Position numbers and translations under genes: made by a program. Under the pieces are notes generated by a model that saw only the letters and a list, made by a program, of their open reading frames with translations, was not told the origin of the DNA and did no database searches. Below, piece after piece: positions 25,542 to 35,583 of a stretch of DNA of 35,583 nucleotides (within the stretch, counting starts at the first letter, position 1; the number at the start of each line of letters is the position of its first letter). The stretch is from NCBI GenBank assembly GCA_013152815.1, contig JAADFO010000005.1, positions 1 to 35,583 on the forward strand, read 5' to 3'. This stretch comes from Nanobdellati archaeon. GTDB lineage: Archaea; Nanobdellota; Nanobdellia; Woesearchaeales; JAADFO01.

Positions 25542-26200
25542 TGGAGCCGGCGAGGTTCGACAACATCTTCTTCGCAAGGGGAAAGCGTGAGCTCTTCACC
25601 CGTTCCAAAGGGGACGCGCTCTTCGATGAGAAGATTGTCGTCATGGACGGCGTCTCCTGCCGCTCCTGGGACCCGAAACGCAGCAAGTTGGGCGCAGCCA
25701 TCATGAAGGGAGCTTCTCAGATAGGCATAAGGGAAGGGTCCATCGTCCTCTATCTGGGCGCTGCCCACGGCTATACCCCTTCCTTCGTCTCTGACATCAT
25801 CGGAGAGGCAGGGATGGTGTTTGCGCTGGACTTCGCTCCCCGGGTGGTCAAGGACCTCATCCATGTCTGCGAACAGCGGCAGAACATGGTCCCGCTCCTG
25901 GGAGATGCATCGAATCCCCGCTCCTATCTGGACAGGCTCTGTCTCGTCGATGTGGTCTATCAGGACATCGCCCAGCGGCTGCAGACACGTATCTTCCTGG
26001 ACAACTGCAGGCTGTTCCTGAAACCCGACGGCTACGGCCTGTTCGCGGTCAAGGCGCGGTCCATCGACGTGGCCAGGAATCCTGATGCCATCTTCAAGGA
26101 AGTTGCCCTGGAACTTGCGAAAGAACTGGTCATCGTCGACCAGCGAAGGCTTGATCCCTTCGAGAAGGACCACATCATGTTCATCTGCAAGAAGAGATAA
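25538..26200 (+). CDS. flpA: Fibrillarin-like rRNA/tRNA 2'-O-methyltransferase
   Basis: WDPKRSKLGAAI, VLYLGAA, YQDIAQ, KARSIDV, LDPFEKDH; GGAGGT before ATG 25538. Confidence 0.96.
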   Translation: MMEPARFDNIFFARGKRELFTRSKGDALFDEKIVVMDGVSCRSWDPKRSKLGAAIMKGASQIGIREGSIVLYLGAAHGYTPSFVSDIIGEAGMVFALDFAPRVVKDLIHVCEQRQNMVPLLGDASNPRSYLDRLCLVDVVYQDIAQRLQTRIFLDNCRLFLKPDGYGLFAVKARSIDVARNPDAIFKEVALELAKELVIVDQRRLDPFEKDHIMFICKKR

Positions 26201-26236
26201 GAGCTGAAAGAACAGGTTTTCTTGCCTCGCTGTCGA

Positions 26237-29200
26237 CTACGTGTCGAAGACCATGACCACCATGTTGACGACCTCTCCGTTGAGGAGCACGACCTTTCTC
26301 GTCGTCACGACGTTCTTCGCGTCCACATTGATCCTTGCCCTGATGCCCGGAGCGGTGATGTAGGGCCCTGATTCTCCGCAGCAGGTGATGACATGGGTGC
26401 TGTTGTAGGGGATGGTGAACCCGGGAAGTCGTCCTTCGCACTCGTCCCTGGCCTGTTCGTTGTAGTAATAGCAGCCGAACTGGCCGTCGCAGGAAGGTTC
26501 GCAGATGCCGCCGAGGGTGCAGTCGCTCTGGCAGACGCTCCCGGAGACCGCGAGGGTGAAGTTGACGTTCACGGTCGCCAACGATTCCAGGTACTGGTCG
26601 AACACGGTCTTGGGCGTGTAATCGGTGGAGGATGCCACCAGGTCATAGGTGATCTTTGACTTGGCGAAGGAGCCGTACCAGCCGGTCCCGTCGGTATAGG
26701 TGTCTGTCGTCCTGTAGCCGATGAACTCGACCTTGGCTCCTGCTATGGGCGTTCCCATGCTGTCGAAGACATAGCCTGTGAAGTAGCCGTCGCAGTCCGG
26801 GTCGTCTGCGTCGATGAGCAGGTCCCCGTCATCGTCGATGCCGTTGAAGCAGTTTTCCACCGTCTCGTTCCAGGCGTCGCAGTATTCGGTGATGCTGTCA
26901 TCGTCGGCGTTGCCGTGGTATCCCTGGATATAGCAGACTCCCTGGTCGACGCAGTCGTCGGGACGGGTGCAGTAGGCGATGTCAGAGGTGTTGGTCTGGC
27001 AGGCATAGAACTGGCCGTTGTCGTAGGAGTCGTCCCACTCGGTCGCAGAGATGTTGACCGTCTCTCCGTCGTGGGTGTAGCAGTCATCGCATACTTCTGG
27101 CGACGCTCCATCGTCAGGCGGTCCGCTGTCTTCATGCATGTAACAGTCGGGGTCATCGTTGTCGATGAGATGGTCTCCGTCATCGTCCTGCTGGTTGTTG
27201 CAGATCTCCTGTTCCTGGCCTTCCCTGTGCTTGCCGTAGCAGTCCGGGTCCTGCATGTCCTTTGCCCCGTCATTGTCGTCGTCCAATCCGTTGTCGCACT
27301 CGGTCTCCCATTGGTCGCTCTGGTTGGACTCCGTGTCGGTGTGGGGCTCTGCAGCAGGATCGTTCTTGATATCTTCCCATTCGTCGTCGTGGTTGGCGAA
27401 CCAGACATCGTCGGGGATGACCTCGCACTCTTTATAACGCTTGTAGAGGCAGACTTCCTCTCCTGGCTGGCCGCAGACCGATGAGCCGACGCAGGAATCG
27501 GTATTGTCGAGGCAGTCCGAACATTCACATCCTTCTCCCGGGTCGCAGGTGCCGTTGTAATCGCAGAGGAAATGGCTGTCGCAGGTCTCTTTGCAGCTTC
27601 CGTCATCGCAGAGGGTCAGTCCGATGTCGCAGAGGGTCGTGTTGGTGCACTGGCCTCCTCCCGCAGGATCGCAGATGAGACCGTCAAGGCAGGTGTCCGG
27701 CTCTCCGTAGCAGTCAGCGCAGAGGCAGCTCTCTCCTGTGTTGCATGTGCCGTCGTTGTCGCAGGAGGTCTCGTTGGTACACACTGCCAGGCATTGTCCG
27801 TCATCGCAGAGGTGGGTTCCATCTGGGCAGCCTTCATAGCCGCACAGCCCGGTGTCAGAGAGACAGATCTCGCCTGTGTCGCAGTGGTCTGTCTGGTTGA
27901 AGCAGTCTGCGCAGTTGCAGGTCTCTCCGAGGAACCAGTCGCATTTTGAGTTGTTGTTGCATTCCGGCTCGGGGTTGCAGTTCGCCCTGCAGACGCCGTC
28001 CGGGCAGAGATAGGTATCTGCCGGGCATCTTGGATAGGTGCAGTTTCCTGCTCCGTCGGGGTCGCAGATGAGGCCGACGTCGCAGCTGTCGTGCCAGCCG
28101 TAGCAGTCTGAGCATTCGCAGTTCTCTCCTGGTTCGCAGCTGTTGTCATTGTCGCAGAGCGGCTCGCCGCAGGGAGGTGTCTTGCAGACATTGCCAGGAC
28201 AGAGGGTTGTCCCTTCCGGGCAGCCGATGAGTTCGCATTTCTCGGTGTCTGCATCGCAGAGGTGTCCTGCTGCGCAGGTGTCCTGCTTGCCGTAGCAGTC
28301 TGAGCATTCGCAGTTCTCTCCCGGGTCGCAGACCGCATCGTTGTTGCAGAGTCCGCAGGAGCTTGAGCTGAAACAGTCTGAGCATTCGCAGTTCTCGTTG
28401 GCATCACAGGTACTGTCATAGTTGCAGGTGCCGCAGGAGGTGAAGCAGTCGTCGCAGGCACAGGTCTCCCCTGCGTCGCAGACGCTGTCATAGTTGCATC
28501 CTGGTGCTGGCTTCACGCAGTCAGAGCCGTTGAACAGTTCTCCGTCGCCGCAGCCGGGCCAGAACATGACCGAACCGGTGGGCGTGGTGAAGTAGAGGGC
28601 CTCTGCGCCTGCATCTCCTGGATAGCCGTCCTTGTAGAGTCCTGCATAGGTCGCGTCGGCGGTCTCGCCGAGGCAGTCTGAGGAGATGTCAGGGACTGTC
28701 CATGCCTGGCAGTTGCCTGGTGCAGAGCAGGTCCCGTAGATGCCGGACATCTCGTTGTTGTTATGGGTGATGGCGCATTTCGCGCTTGCAGCGTCCACCT
28801 GCACATAGGCGGTCGCAGGGCAGTTCCCATGATAGACGGCGTTGATGGAGACCGTATCCCCTTTCCTGCATCCGTCGGGTCCGCAGTTGGGGCTGATGCT
28901 GACCGAGTCAAGATAACAGCAGGGCGTGTTGTCCCAGCCGGATGCTGTGCAGACCGATTGGGCGCAGTTCTGGTTGTAGTCGATGGTGGCGTTGACATAG
29001 CCTCCTGCTGAGCAGCTCTCGCCGTAGTAGCAGGCGCCGTCCATTCCATTGTTGTAGCCGTCGTCGAAGCAGGAATCGGTCCCGGTCGCGCAGGAGGTCG
29101 TCTGTTGGTATGTGCAGGAGGCAGCCTCAGAGCTGGCATCGCATCCTGCGTTGCACACGCCTCCGGTGGCGGTGAAGTCGTTCTCTGTGAGACAGGTCTG

Positions 29201-32200
29201 GCCGCATTCTCCGCTTGTGCACTGCTGGTTGCACGTCCCCTGCAGGACGCAGAAGGTTGTGCCTGTTGAGTATAATCCTCCTTCGCAGGTCGGGCACCAG
29301 TCGCATCCGGTGCTTGCGCCGCAGCTGGGTTCGTCCTGGAATGCCATGCATTCAGGGCAGAGGGTGTTGTCCCAGCCAGAGGTGGTGCAGATGGCAGCAT
29401 CGCATTTTCGGTCGGTGTCGACCGAGCCAGCGACATAACCTGATGAGGAACAGGACTCGCCGAAGTAGCAGTTGTCGCCCTCTGCATAGGGGTTGTCGAA
29501 GCAGCTGGGGCTTCCCTGGGCGCTGCAGTCGACTGAATTCTGGTACTGGCAGTTGTTCCCTGCATCACAGCTTGAGACGCAGGACGTTCCTTCCACCTTC
29601 CAGTCTGACGGATTCTCGCAGGTGGCGCCGCAGGATTGGTCGGTGCATTGGTAGAGGCTGCTGCACGTCCCCTTTGCTGTGCACCGGTCAGGGCCCTGCG
29701 AATAGCTGTTGTTGACATCGCAGGATGTGCACCATTCGCAGTTGTTGTCTGCTCCGCAGGTTCCTGCATCGCCATAGGAGTCGCATCCGTTGCTGCAGGC
29801 TCCGTTGTCCCATCCCATGTTGGTGCAGATGGATGCGCTGCATTGCTTTGCTGTCGTGTCTCTGACGCAGTTCTGCTGGCTCCAGCCGGTCGTGGTGCAG
29901 CTGACATCGCAGCTGTACCAGCAGTCCTGGCCGCTCTCGTAGAAGGTCTCTGGCCGGGGTGTCGATTCAGAGGCAGGGGACAGTCCTGTCTGGCTGCAGC
30001 TCTCGCCGTAGTAGCAGGAGTCCACGCCGACGATGGCGCCGTTGTCGTAGCAGCTTGAGGTGCCGGCAGCACAGCTCTCGTTGGTGGCGAACTGGCAGGT
30101 GGGATCGCAGTTGGCGAGGCACGACCCACCGTTCTCGATATAGGACAGGGAACTGTCGCACTCGGCCAGGCACTCGCCGGCGACACATTGGTAATTGCAG
30201 TTTCCGGCAGCTACGCACCTGTTCAGGCCGCCGGAATACCTGTTGTTGGAGCAGGCCTGGCACCAGTCGCACTGGTTGTCGCCTTCACAGGTGGAAGAGC
30301 TGCTGTATACTGAGCAGGCGCAGTCCTGGTTGTCCCATCCTGAGCTGGTGCAGACCGAAGAACCACACTGCTTGCTGAAGTCGGTGCTGCATCCGCTCTC
30401 GGTCCAGCCAGCGGAAGTGCACTGGACGTTGCAGCCGTAGTAGCAGGCGTTGCCCTCGTCATGGTATGCCCTGGGCCTGGACGCGTTCGCGGTGGGCGGC
30501 GTGTACCCTGCAGCGGTGCAGTCCTCGCCGGTGTAGCAGATGTTCGCGACCTCCACCCCGTCATCATGACAGCTTGCGGTGCCCTGGGAACAGGAGACCG
30601 TGCCGAGATACTCGCAGATGCCGCCGTCGCAGTTGGACTGGCAGACCCCTCCGGTGTCGTCGAAGTCGCTCGCCTGGTCGCAGCTCGCGCCGCAGGCAGG
30701 GGTGGAACAGGTTGCTGCGGCGCAGGATCCTGCGTTGACGCAGGATGAGACATCGCCTGAATATTTGTGGTTGGCGTCGCACTGTTCGCACCATTCGCAG
30801 TTCGTGTCGGTGCCGCAGGAATAGGAGTTGGTGTAGCTGGTGCAGACAGGGCAGGAGGAGGCGTCCCAGCCGGTGGAGGTGCAGGTCGCGGTGGGGCAGG
30901 GCTTGACCGAGGCGTCCTGGGATGAGGGTGCGTGATAGCCGGTGGCGTCGCAGCTCTCTCCGAAGTAGCAGACATCATTGACCGTATCTTCATAGCCGTC
31001 GTCGAAGCAGTCGCCGCTTCCCTGGGAGCAGCTTGCTGTTTGGGTGTAGGAGCAGCTGGTGGTGTCATCGCAGCTCCAGCTGCAGGTGTCGGCAGGGCTT
31101 CCTGCAATGACATCGAAGCCTCCTGGCGTGTCACAGGTGGCGCCGCAGTTGCCAGCGACGCAGCTGTAGCAGTTGCCGGCGAGGACGCAGCTGTTGGGGG
31201 TGGCTGACTGGCGGTTGCCGCTGACCTCGCAGTTCTGGCACCAGTCGCACAGGCTGTCATTCTCGCAGGTTAGCTCGTCTCCATGGGGTGCGCAGGGGTT
31301 GGAAGGGTCGATGCAATTGCCGTTGCCATCACATTGACAGTCTGAGCCGCTGCAGCCGGTGGAGCCGAAGCAGGACTCGTCGGTCTGTCCGGACGGGACG
31401 TTCTCAAGTCCGCAGTTTCCGTCGCAGGTGGGTTCCTGGCAGACAGGATCGTTGCAGGGTGTCAGGTCGACCTGCGCGCAGTAGCCGCTGTTGCAGACAT
31501 AGCATTCTGAACATGCTGCGCCTTCATTCGCCGTCTGGTAGGACCAGCCATCGGCAGTGTCGCAGCTCGGCCCGGAACGGCAGGTATCGTCGTAGAAGGA
31601 ATTCGCAGGTGGTGGCGCGTCACAGGCGCTGTTGCAGCAGTTGCCTGACCCTGCGCAGGTGGCGCCGTCTCCGCAGGACGCGGTATCCTGGCAGTCGACG
31701 AGGTTGTTGGCGTTGTCGTCTATCTCGTTGGTGCAGATCTCTCCGCAGAACGATGAGCAGTCCGGGTCGGTGCAGTCGGCGTTCCCGTCGCAGTCGTTGT
31801 CATAGCCGTCCTGGCATCGTGCCTGGGTGTTCTCAGCGACCGATGATTGGGTGGTGGATACCTGATGGCCTCCGTCATAGATGCAGTAATAGGGTGTGCC
31901 TTCGATGGAGAAGCTTCCGCCGCAGCCGTTGTTCGTCACATAGAAGTTGTCGCTGGTCAGGGTGTCGCAGGTCTTGGTGTCGACCTGGCAGCAGTCCTGT
32001 CCTGAGCAGCTGCTGGAACAGGTGGATGCGGTCGGCTCTGATTCGCTGATGGTCGGGCCGGTCGTGTCATCATAGCTGTCGCAGGCTATCCTGGTCGCCG
32101 GGGTGTATCCCGTTGCCTGGCAGTCCTCGTTGATCAGGCAGTCCGAGCCCGAGAGATAGCCGTCGTCGAAGCAGGAGCTGCTCGTCCCGTCGGCGGTGCA

Positions 32201-35200
32201 GTCTGACGCGTCTTCCCACTGGCAGGTGTCGGCAGTGTCGCAGGAGTTCCGGCAATATCCTCCCGAGGCATCGACGTTTGTTGTCGTGTCGCAGACAGCG
32301 CCGCATTGTCCCTCGGCGCATTGGTAATCGTTCGGGCAGCTGCCTGTATCGTAGCAGCCGTCGATGGCGGTCTGGTACTTGTTTCCTGAACAGGTGGATG
32401 CGGTGCAGTATTCGCAGCTGGAATCGGCGTTGCATGATGTGGTGTCCGTGCCGTAGACCGAGCAGGGACACGCGCTGTTGTCCCATCCCGATGTCGTGCA
32501 GCTGGCGCTTGCGCAGGCCTTGTTCGAGTCGGCGACGCAGTTGTTGCGGTCCCATCCCGTTGCCGTGCAGGTGACATCGCAGGAGAAGAGGCAATCGTTG
32601 CCGCTTGCGTAATAGGTGGTGGGCTTTGCCGTGTCTACGCTGGCCGGCGTGTAGCCCGTCGCATCGCAGCCCTCGCCGTAGTAGCAGGTGTTGCCGTTCT
32701 CAAAGCCGTTGTCATAGCAGGAGGAGGAGCTTCCGTCGGCAGCGCAGTCGTCCACCTGGGTGTAGGAGCAGGCGTTGGCCGCATCGCAATTGCTGCTGCA
32801 GCTTCCGCCGGTGGCGTCATAGTCTGCCGGGCTGTCACAGGTGGCTCCGCATTGTCCTTCTGTGCACTGATAGTTTGCTGTGCAGCTTTCTGTTCCGTCG
32901 ATGCACCATTCCTGCGGAGTCGTGTATTGGGCGCCGCTGCACTGTGCAGTGGTGCAGTAGTTGCATTGGCTGTCGGCCTGGCACTCGCTGGAGCCGAGGC
33001 CCGGGCACGTCCCTGAGCAGGCGCTGTTGTCCCATCCCGATGCGGTGCAGGTGGCCTGGGCGCATCCCTGGTCCGTGTCTTCGGTGCAGCTGCTCTGCTG
33101 CCATCCTGCTGTCGTGCACTGGGTCGTGCAGCCGTAGAAGCAGCTGCTTCCCTGCCCATAGTAGTCCGCAGGCCGCGGTCCGTCGTCCGAAGGGGGAGTA
33201 TATCCTGATGTGCTGCAGCTCTCGCCGTAGTAGCAGACGTTGCCTACCTCTGCGGGGTCGTCGAAGCAGCTTGATGATCCGCTGGCGCAGCTTGCGCTGT
33301 TCTGGTAGCTGCAGGTCGACGCGCTGTCGCAGCCCCAGGAGCAGGTCCCGCCGCTGGAGGAGAAGTCGTTCCCGTTGCACTCGGCGCCGCACTGCGGTTC
33401 CTGGCATTGGTATAATGATGAGCACGTCCCTGCATTGACACACCTGTTCACATCTCCTGAATATTTGTTGCCGTCGCAGTCGTTGCACCATTCGCAGGAA
33501 GATTGTGCATCGCAGCTCCCCGGTTCAACGTAGGCAGAGCATTGGCAGGGAGAATTGTCCCAGCCGGTCGTGGTGCAGGTGGAGGAGCCGCACATCTTGT
33601 TGGTGTCGAAGGAGCATCCGTTCCTCTGCCATCCTGATGAGGTGCATTGGATGTTGCATCCGTAGTAGCAGGTGTCTCCTGAACTGTAGCCGGTCGATGG
33701 TTTTGAGGTGTCTTCGGTCGGAGGGATGTATCCTGATGAGGCTGTGCAGCTTTCTCCGTAGAAGCAGCTGTTCCCTATCTCCAGGGCGTCATCTGAGCAG
33801 CTGGATGTCCCTGCAGAACAGCTGGCGAGCGAGTTGGTGCATCCTGATGCTGAGCATGATCCTTCGTTGTTGGCGCACTGGGTCCCGCCGATGATGTCTC
33901 CGCGGTCGTAGCAGGCGCTCGATGAGAGCTGCCATCCTGATCCTGTGCAGGCGTCGCTTTCCTTGTGATAACAGGTGTCGCTGCTGTCGTCGTAGCAGTA
34001 GGCGTTGGTATCGGTCGCAGAATAGCCTCCTTCGCAGCTGCTCCAGGCGATGGAATCCGGTCCGTCATCGCTGTCTGAATAGTATCCTGTCCCTGTGCAT
34101 TGCTCGTTGTAGTAGCAGAGCTCTCCGCTCACCTGGCCGCCGGAGCCGGTGGTGCAGCCAGAGCTGACGCAGGAACTGTAGGTGAGCGGTAAGATGTAGC
34201 CGGAGGATGAGCTGCAGTCCTCGTTCCAGTAGCAGACATGGCTGTTCGCATAACCATCGTCAGTGCAGATGCTGCTTCCGCTGGAGCAGCTCACCAGGTT
34301 GTCGGAGCATCCTGATGTGCCGCAGCTTGAGTCGCTGTCAGCGCATTGGTCGTTGTTGACGATGGTCCCTGTGGACAACAATGTGCAGGTCGTGGGGCTG
34401 CTGTAGCCAGAGGATGGGCTGCAGGATTCGTCGTAGTAGCAGGTGGTTCCCGTGGCATAGCCGTCGTCGGTGCATCTGTCTGATCCCTGCTGGCAGCTCA
34501 CCAGGTGATTGTTGCATCCTGTCGAGGCGCAGCCGGAATCGCTGTCTGCGCAGTTGTCTGGTTGTCCCTGGCTGCTCCTGTCCTGGACATCTCCTGTGCT
34601 GTAGAGATGGCATGTATCCGGCGCTTTGTATCCTGATGATGAGCTGCAGACCTCGTTGTAGTAGCAGGTGCTGCCGAGGGTTGCGCCGCTGTCGGTGCAG
34701 CTTGCTGTTCCCCTGTCCGGATTTTGGCAGTCCTCCAGATGGTTGGTGCATCCGCTCCCTGAACAGCCGGTCGTCTGGTTCACGCAGCGGTTGGGGCCGG
34801 TGAGCTGTTCTCCTGTGCTGTAGATATGGCAGCTCTGGACGCTATATTCTGCTGAGGAGGAGCAGATCTCATTATAATAGCAGGTCGAGCCGGATGTCTG
34901 GCCGTCATAGTTGCAGTTGGTGGATCCCGGCGCGCAATCTGTGATGTTGCTGCTTCCGTCGCAGCATTGTGCAGCATGTGCAGTCCCCTTGCCGTCGCAC
35001 TGGTCAGTGTTGGTGAACCAGCAGTCAGGTACTCTGCAGCAGTCGATGTCATCCGGTGAACAGGTCCCGGTGCTGTAGTCCTGGGGGCATCGTCCGTCAG
35101 AGACCGGTGAGCAGTCGTAGGGGATCTCGCAGATATCCACTCCGCCGATGCCCTCTGCGGTCTCCGCATGCTGGGAAAGGTAGAATAAGAACAGGATACC

Positions 35201-35245
35201 TAGCAGCAGGATGATGTTCACAGCGGTTCGTGCAGATTTGTTCAT
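26237..35245 (-). CDS. Giant (3002 aa) secreted cysteine-rich repeat protein
   Basis: N-terminal basic plus hydrophobic signal-like segment; several Cys repeat classes; acidic C.NG.DDD.D...D..DPDC motifs; carboxypeptidase-regulatory-like segment (GYVFD..G.PI.GA.V) near the C-terminus. Confidence 0.9.
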   Translation of the reverse strand: MNKSARTAVNIILLLGILFLFYLSQHAETAEGIGGVDICEIPYDCSPVSDGRCPQDYSTGTCSPDDIDCCRVPDCWFTNTDQCDGKGTAHAAQCCDGSSNITDCAPGSTNCNYDGQTSGSTCYYNEICSSSAEYSVQSCHIYSTGEQLTGPNRCVNQTTGCSGSGCTNHLEDCQNPDRGTASCTDSGATLGSTCYYNEVCSSSSGYKAPDTCHLYSTGDVQDRSSQGQPDNCADSDSGCASTGCNNHLVSCQQGSDRCTDDGYATGTTCYYDESCSPSSGYSSPTTCTLLSTGTIVNNDQCADSDSSCGTSGCSDNLVSCSSGSSICTDDGYANSHVCYWNEDCSSSSGYILPLTYSSCVSSGCTTGSGGQVSGELCYYNEQCTGTGYYSDSDDGPDSIAWSSCEGGYSATDTNAYCYDDSSDTCYHKESDACTGSGWQLSSSACYDRGDIIGGTQCANNEGSCSASGCTNSLASCSAGTSSCSDDALEIGNSCFYGESCTASSGYIPPTEDTSKPSTGYSSGDTCYYGCNIQCTSSGWQRNGCSFDTNKMCGSSTCTTTGWDNSPCQCSAYVEPGSCDAQSSCEWCNDCDGNKYSGDVNRCVNAGTCSSLYQCQEPQCGAECNGNDFSSSGGTCSWGCDSASTCSYQNSASCASGSSSCFDDPAEVGNVCYYGESCSTSGYTPPSDDGPRPADYYGQGSSCFYGCTTQCTTAGWQQSSCTEDTDQGCAQATCTASGWDNSACSGTCPGLGSSECQADSQCNYCTTAQCSGAQYTTPQEWCIDGTESCTANYQCTEGQCGATCDSPADYDATGGSCSSNCDAANACSYTQVDDCAADGSSSSCYDNGFENGNTCYYGEGCDATGYTPASVDTAKPTTYYASGNDCLFSCDVTCTATGWDRNNCVADSNKACASASCTTSGWDNSACPCSVYGTDTTSCNADSSCEYCTASTCSGNKYQTAIDGCYDTGSCPNDYQCAEGQCGAVCDTTTNVDASGGYCRNSCDTADTCQWEDASDCTADGTSSSCFDDGYLSGSDCLINEDCQATGYTPATRIACDSYDDTTGPTISESEPTASTCSSSCSGQDCCQVDTKTCDTLTSDNFYVTNNGCGGSFSIEGTPYYCIYDGGHQVSTTQSSVAENTQARCQDGYDNDCDGNADCTDPDCSSFCGEICTNEIDDNANNLVDCQDTASCGDGATCAGSGNCCNSACDAPPPANSFYDDTCRSGPSCDTADGWSYQTANEGAACSECYVCNSGYCAQVDLTPCNDPVCQEPTCDGNCGLENVPSGQTDESCFGSTGCSGSDCQCDGNGNCIDPSNPCAPHGDELTCENDSLCDWCQNCEVSGNRQSATPNSCVLAGNCYSCVAGNCGATCDTPGGFDVIAGSPADTCSWSCDDTTSCSYTQTASCSQGSGDCFDDGYEDTVNDVCYFGESCDATGYHAPSSQDASVKPCPTATCTSTGWDASSCPVCTSYTNSYSCGTDTNCEWCEQCDANHKYSGDVSSCVNAGSCAAATCSTPACGASCDQASDFDDTGGVCQSNCDGGICEYLGTVSCSQGTASCHDDGVEVANICYTGEDCTAAGYTPPTANASRPRAYHDEGNACYYGCNVQCTSAGWTESGCSTDFSKQCGSSVCTSSGWDNQDCACSVYSSSSTCEGDNQCDWCQACSNNRYSGGLNRCVAAGNCNYQCVAGECLAECDSSLSYIENGGSCLANCDPTCQFATNESCAAGTSSCYDNGAIVGVDSCYYGESCSQTGLSPASESTPRPETFYESGQDCWYSCDVSCTTTGWSQQNCVRDTTAKQCSASICTNMGWDNGACSNGCDSYGDAGTCGADNNCEWCTSCDVNNSYSQGPDRCTAKGTCSSLYQCTDQSCGATCENPSDWKVEGTSCVSSCDAGNNCQYQNSVDCSAQGSPSCFDNPYAEGDNCYFGESCSSSGYVAGSVDTDRKCDAAICTTSGWDNTLCPECMAFQDEPSCGASTGCDWCPTCEGGLYSTGTTFCVLQGTCNQQCTSGECGQTCLTENDFTATGGVCNAGCDASSEAASCTYQQTTSCATGTDSCFDDGYNNGMDGACYYGESCSAGGYVNATIDYNQNCAQSVCTASGWDNTPCCYLDSVSISPNCGPDGCRKGDTVSINAVYHGNCPATAYVQVDAASAKCAITHNNNEMSGIYGTCSAPGNCQAWTVPDISSDCLGETADATYAGLYKDGYPGDAGAEALYFTTPTGSVMFWPGCGDGELFNGSDCVKPAPGCNYDSVCDAGETCACDDCFTSCGTCNYDSTCDANENCECSDCFSSSSCGLCNNDAVCDPGENCECSDCYGKQDTCAAGHLCDADTEKCELIGCPEGTTLCPGNVCKTPPCGEPLCDNDNSCEPGENCECSDCYGWHDSCDVGLICDPDGAGNCTYPRCPADTYLCPDGVCRANCNPEPECNNNSKCDWFLGETCNCADCFNQTDHCDTGEICLSDTGLCGYEGCPDGTHLCDDGQCLAVCTNETSCDNDGTCNTGESCLCADCYGEPDTCLDGLICDPAGGGQCTNTTLCDIGLTLCDDGSCKETCDSHFLCDYNGTCDPGEGCECSDCLDNTDSCVGSSVCGQPGEEVCLYKRYKECEVIPDDVWFANHDDEWEDIKNDPAAEPHTDTESNQSDQWETECDNGLDDDNDGAKDMQDPDCYGKHREGQEQEICNNQQDDDGDHLIDNDDPDCYMHEDSGPPDDGASPEVCDDCYTHDGETVNISATEWDDSYDNGQFYACQTNTSDIAYCTRPDDCVDQGVCYIQGYHGNADDDSITEYCDAWNETVENCFNGIDDDGDLLIDADDPDCDGYFTGYVFDSMGTPIAGAKVEFIGYRTTDTYTDGTGWYGSFAKSKITYDLVASSTDYTPKTVFDQYLESLATVNVNFTLAVSGSVCQSDCTLGGICEPSCDGQFGCYYYNEQARDECEGRLPGFTIPYNSTHVITCCGESGPYITAPGIRARINVDAKNVVTTRKVVLLNGEVVNMVVMVFDT

Positions 35246-35299
35246 CTTGGGATCTTGGAAGTCGCTGATGTTCTGTTCTTATTACGCTCTTTTTAGTAT

Positions 35300-35581
35300 T
35301 CAGCTCAGGAAGCGCTCTTTGCAGAGCCCCCTGAGAGTCTCCTCTGTTATGTGGTCGCAGAGTCCGGGTTCTTTCTCGTTGACAGCCCTGTTGGCATAGA
35401 CGTTGTTCCTGCAGCTTTCGACCCGTGCCGGGATAGAGATGGCTTCGCAGGTCTTGACATCGCCTTCCTGGATGGCATTGTTCTGGTAGACATTGTCCTT
35501 GCAGCTGGTCTTCATGGCCTCATCCCTGATCTGGTCGCAGAGGAGCGCATCTCCCTGGTCCAAAGCCTTTGTCTTGGTGGA
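35300..35581 (-). CDS. 3' end of a protein with short A....D/E...C..I......C helical repeats, 5'-truncated
   Basis: Frame is open to the window edge: STKTKALDQGDALLCDQIRDEAMKTSC...DVKTCEAISIPARVESC...EPGLCDHITEETLRGLC; three 29-aa units. Confidence 0.75.
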   Translation of the reverse strand, partial: STKTKALDQGDALLCDQIRDEAMKTSCKDNVYQNNAIQEGDVKTCEAISIPARVESCRNNVYANRAVNEKEPGLCDHITEETLRGLCKERFLS

Positions 35582-35583
35582 GA

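Noticed and set aside
24447..26200. C/D box guide RNAs near nop5-fibrillarin
   Set aside because: No convincing box C (RTGATGA) and box D (CTGA) pair found in the flanking intergenic sequence.
26743..35169. Thr/Ala/Arg-rich alternative-frame ORFs within the giant gene
   Set aside because: By-products of the repetitive Cys/Asp codon pattern of the 3002-aa frame.

Overview
Archaeal chromosomal segment, most consistent with a DPANN (Woesearchaeota-like) genome. The lineage is inferred from gene content and TATA-type promoters, not proven. Left to right: the end of a CBS-domain gene; a metallophosphoesterase and an Lhr helicase; a ~2.5 kb AT-rich island (3636-6137) split by three copies of a 23-bp direct repeat into two integrase-free modules (DUF5678-like + retropepsin-like pair; two orphan ORFs); the rps19e-PDCD5-rpl39e-rpl31e operon, with repeat-containing tails on S19e and L31e; a SAM methyltransferase; a MoxR/ChlI-like AAA+ and VWA pair; a phosphoesterase; a 10-gene isoprenoid cluster (uppS plus a complete mevalonate pathway combining an archaeal HMGS/thiolase/DUF35 upper part with a classical MVK/ERG8-type PMK/MVD lower part, a prenyltransferase and IDI-2); cutA; glycerate kinase; nop5-fibrillarin; a 3002-aa secreted cysteine-rich repeat protein; and a truncated Cys-repeat gene. 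Short tandem duplications recur at gene junctions and promoters. No tRNA, rRNA, CRISPR array, transposase or integrase was recognised. All calls come from reading motifs; no database search was run.
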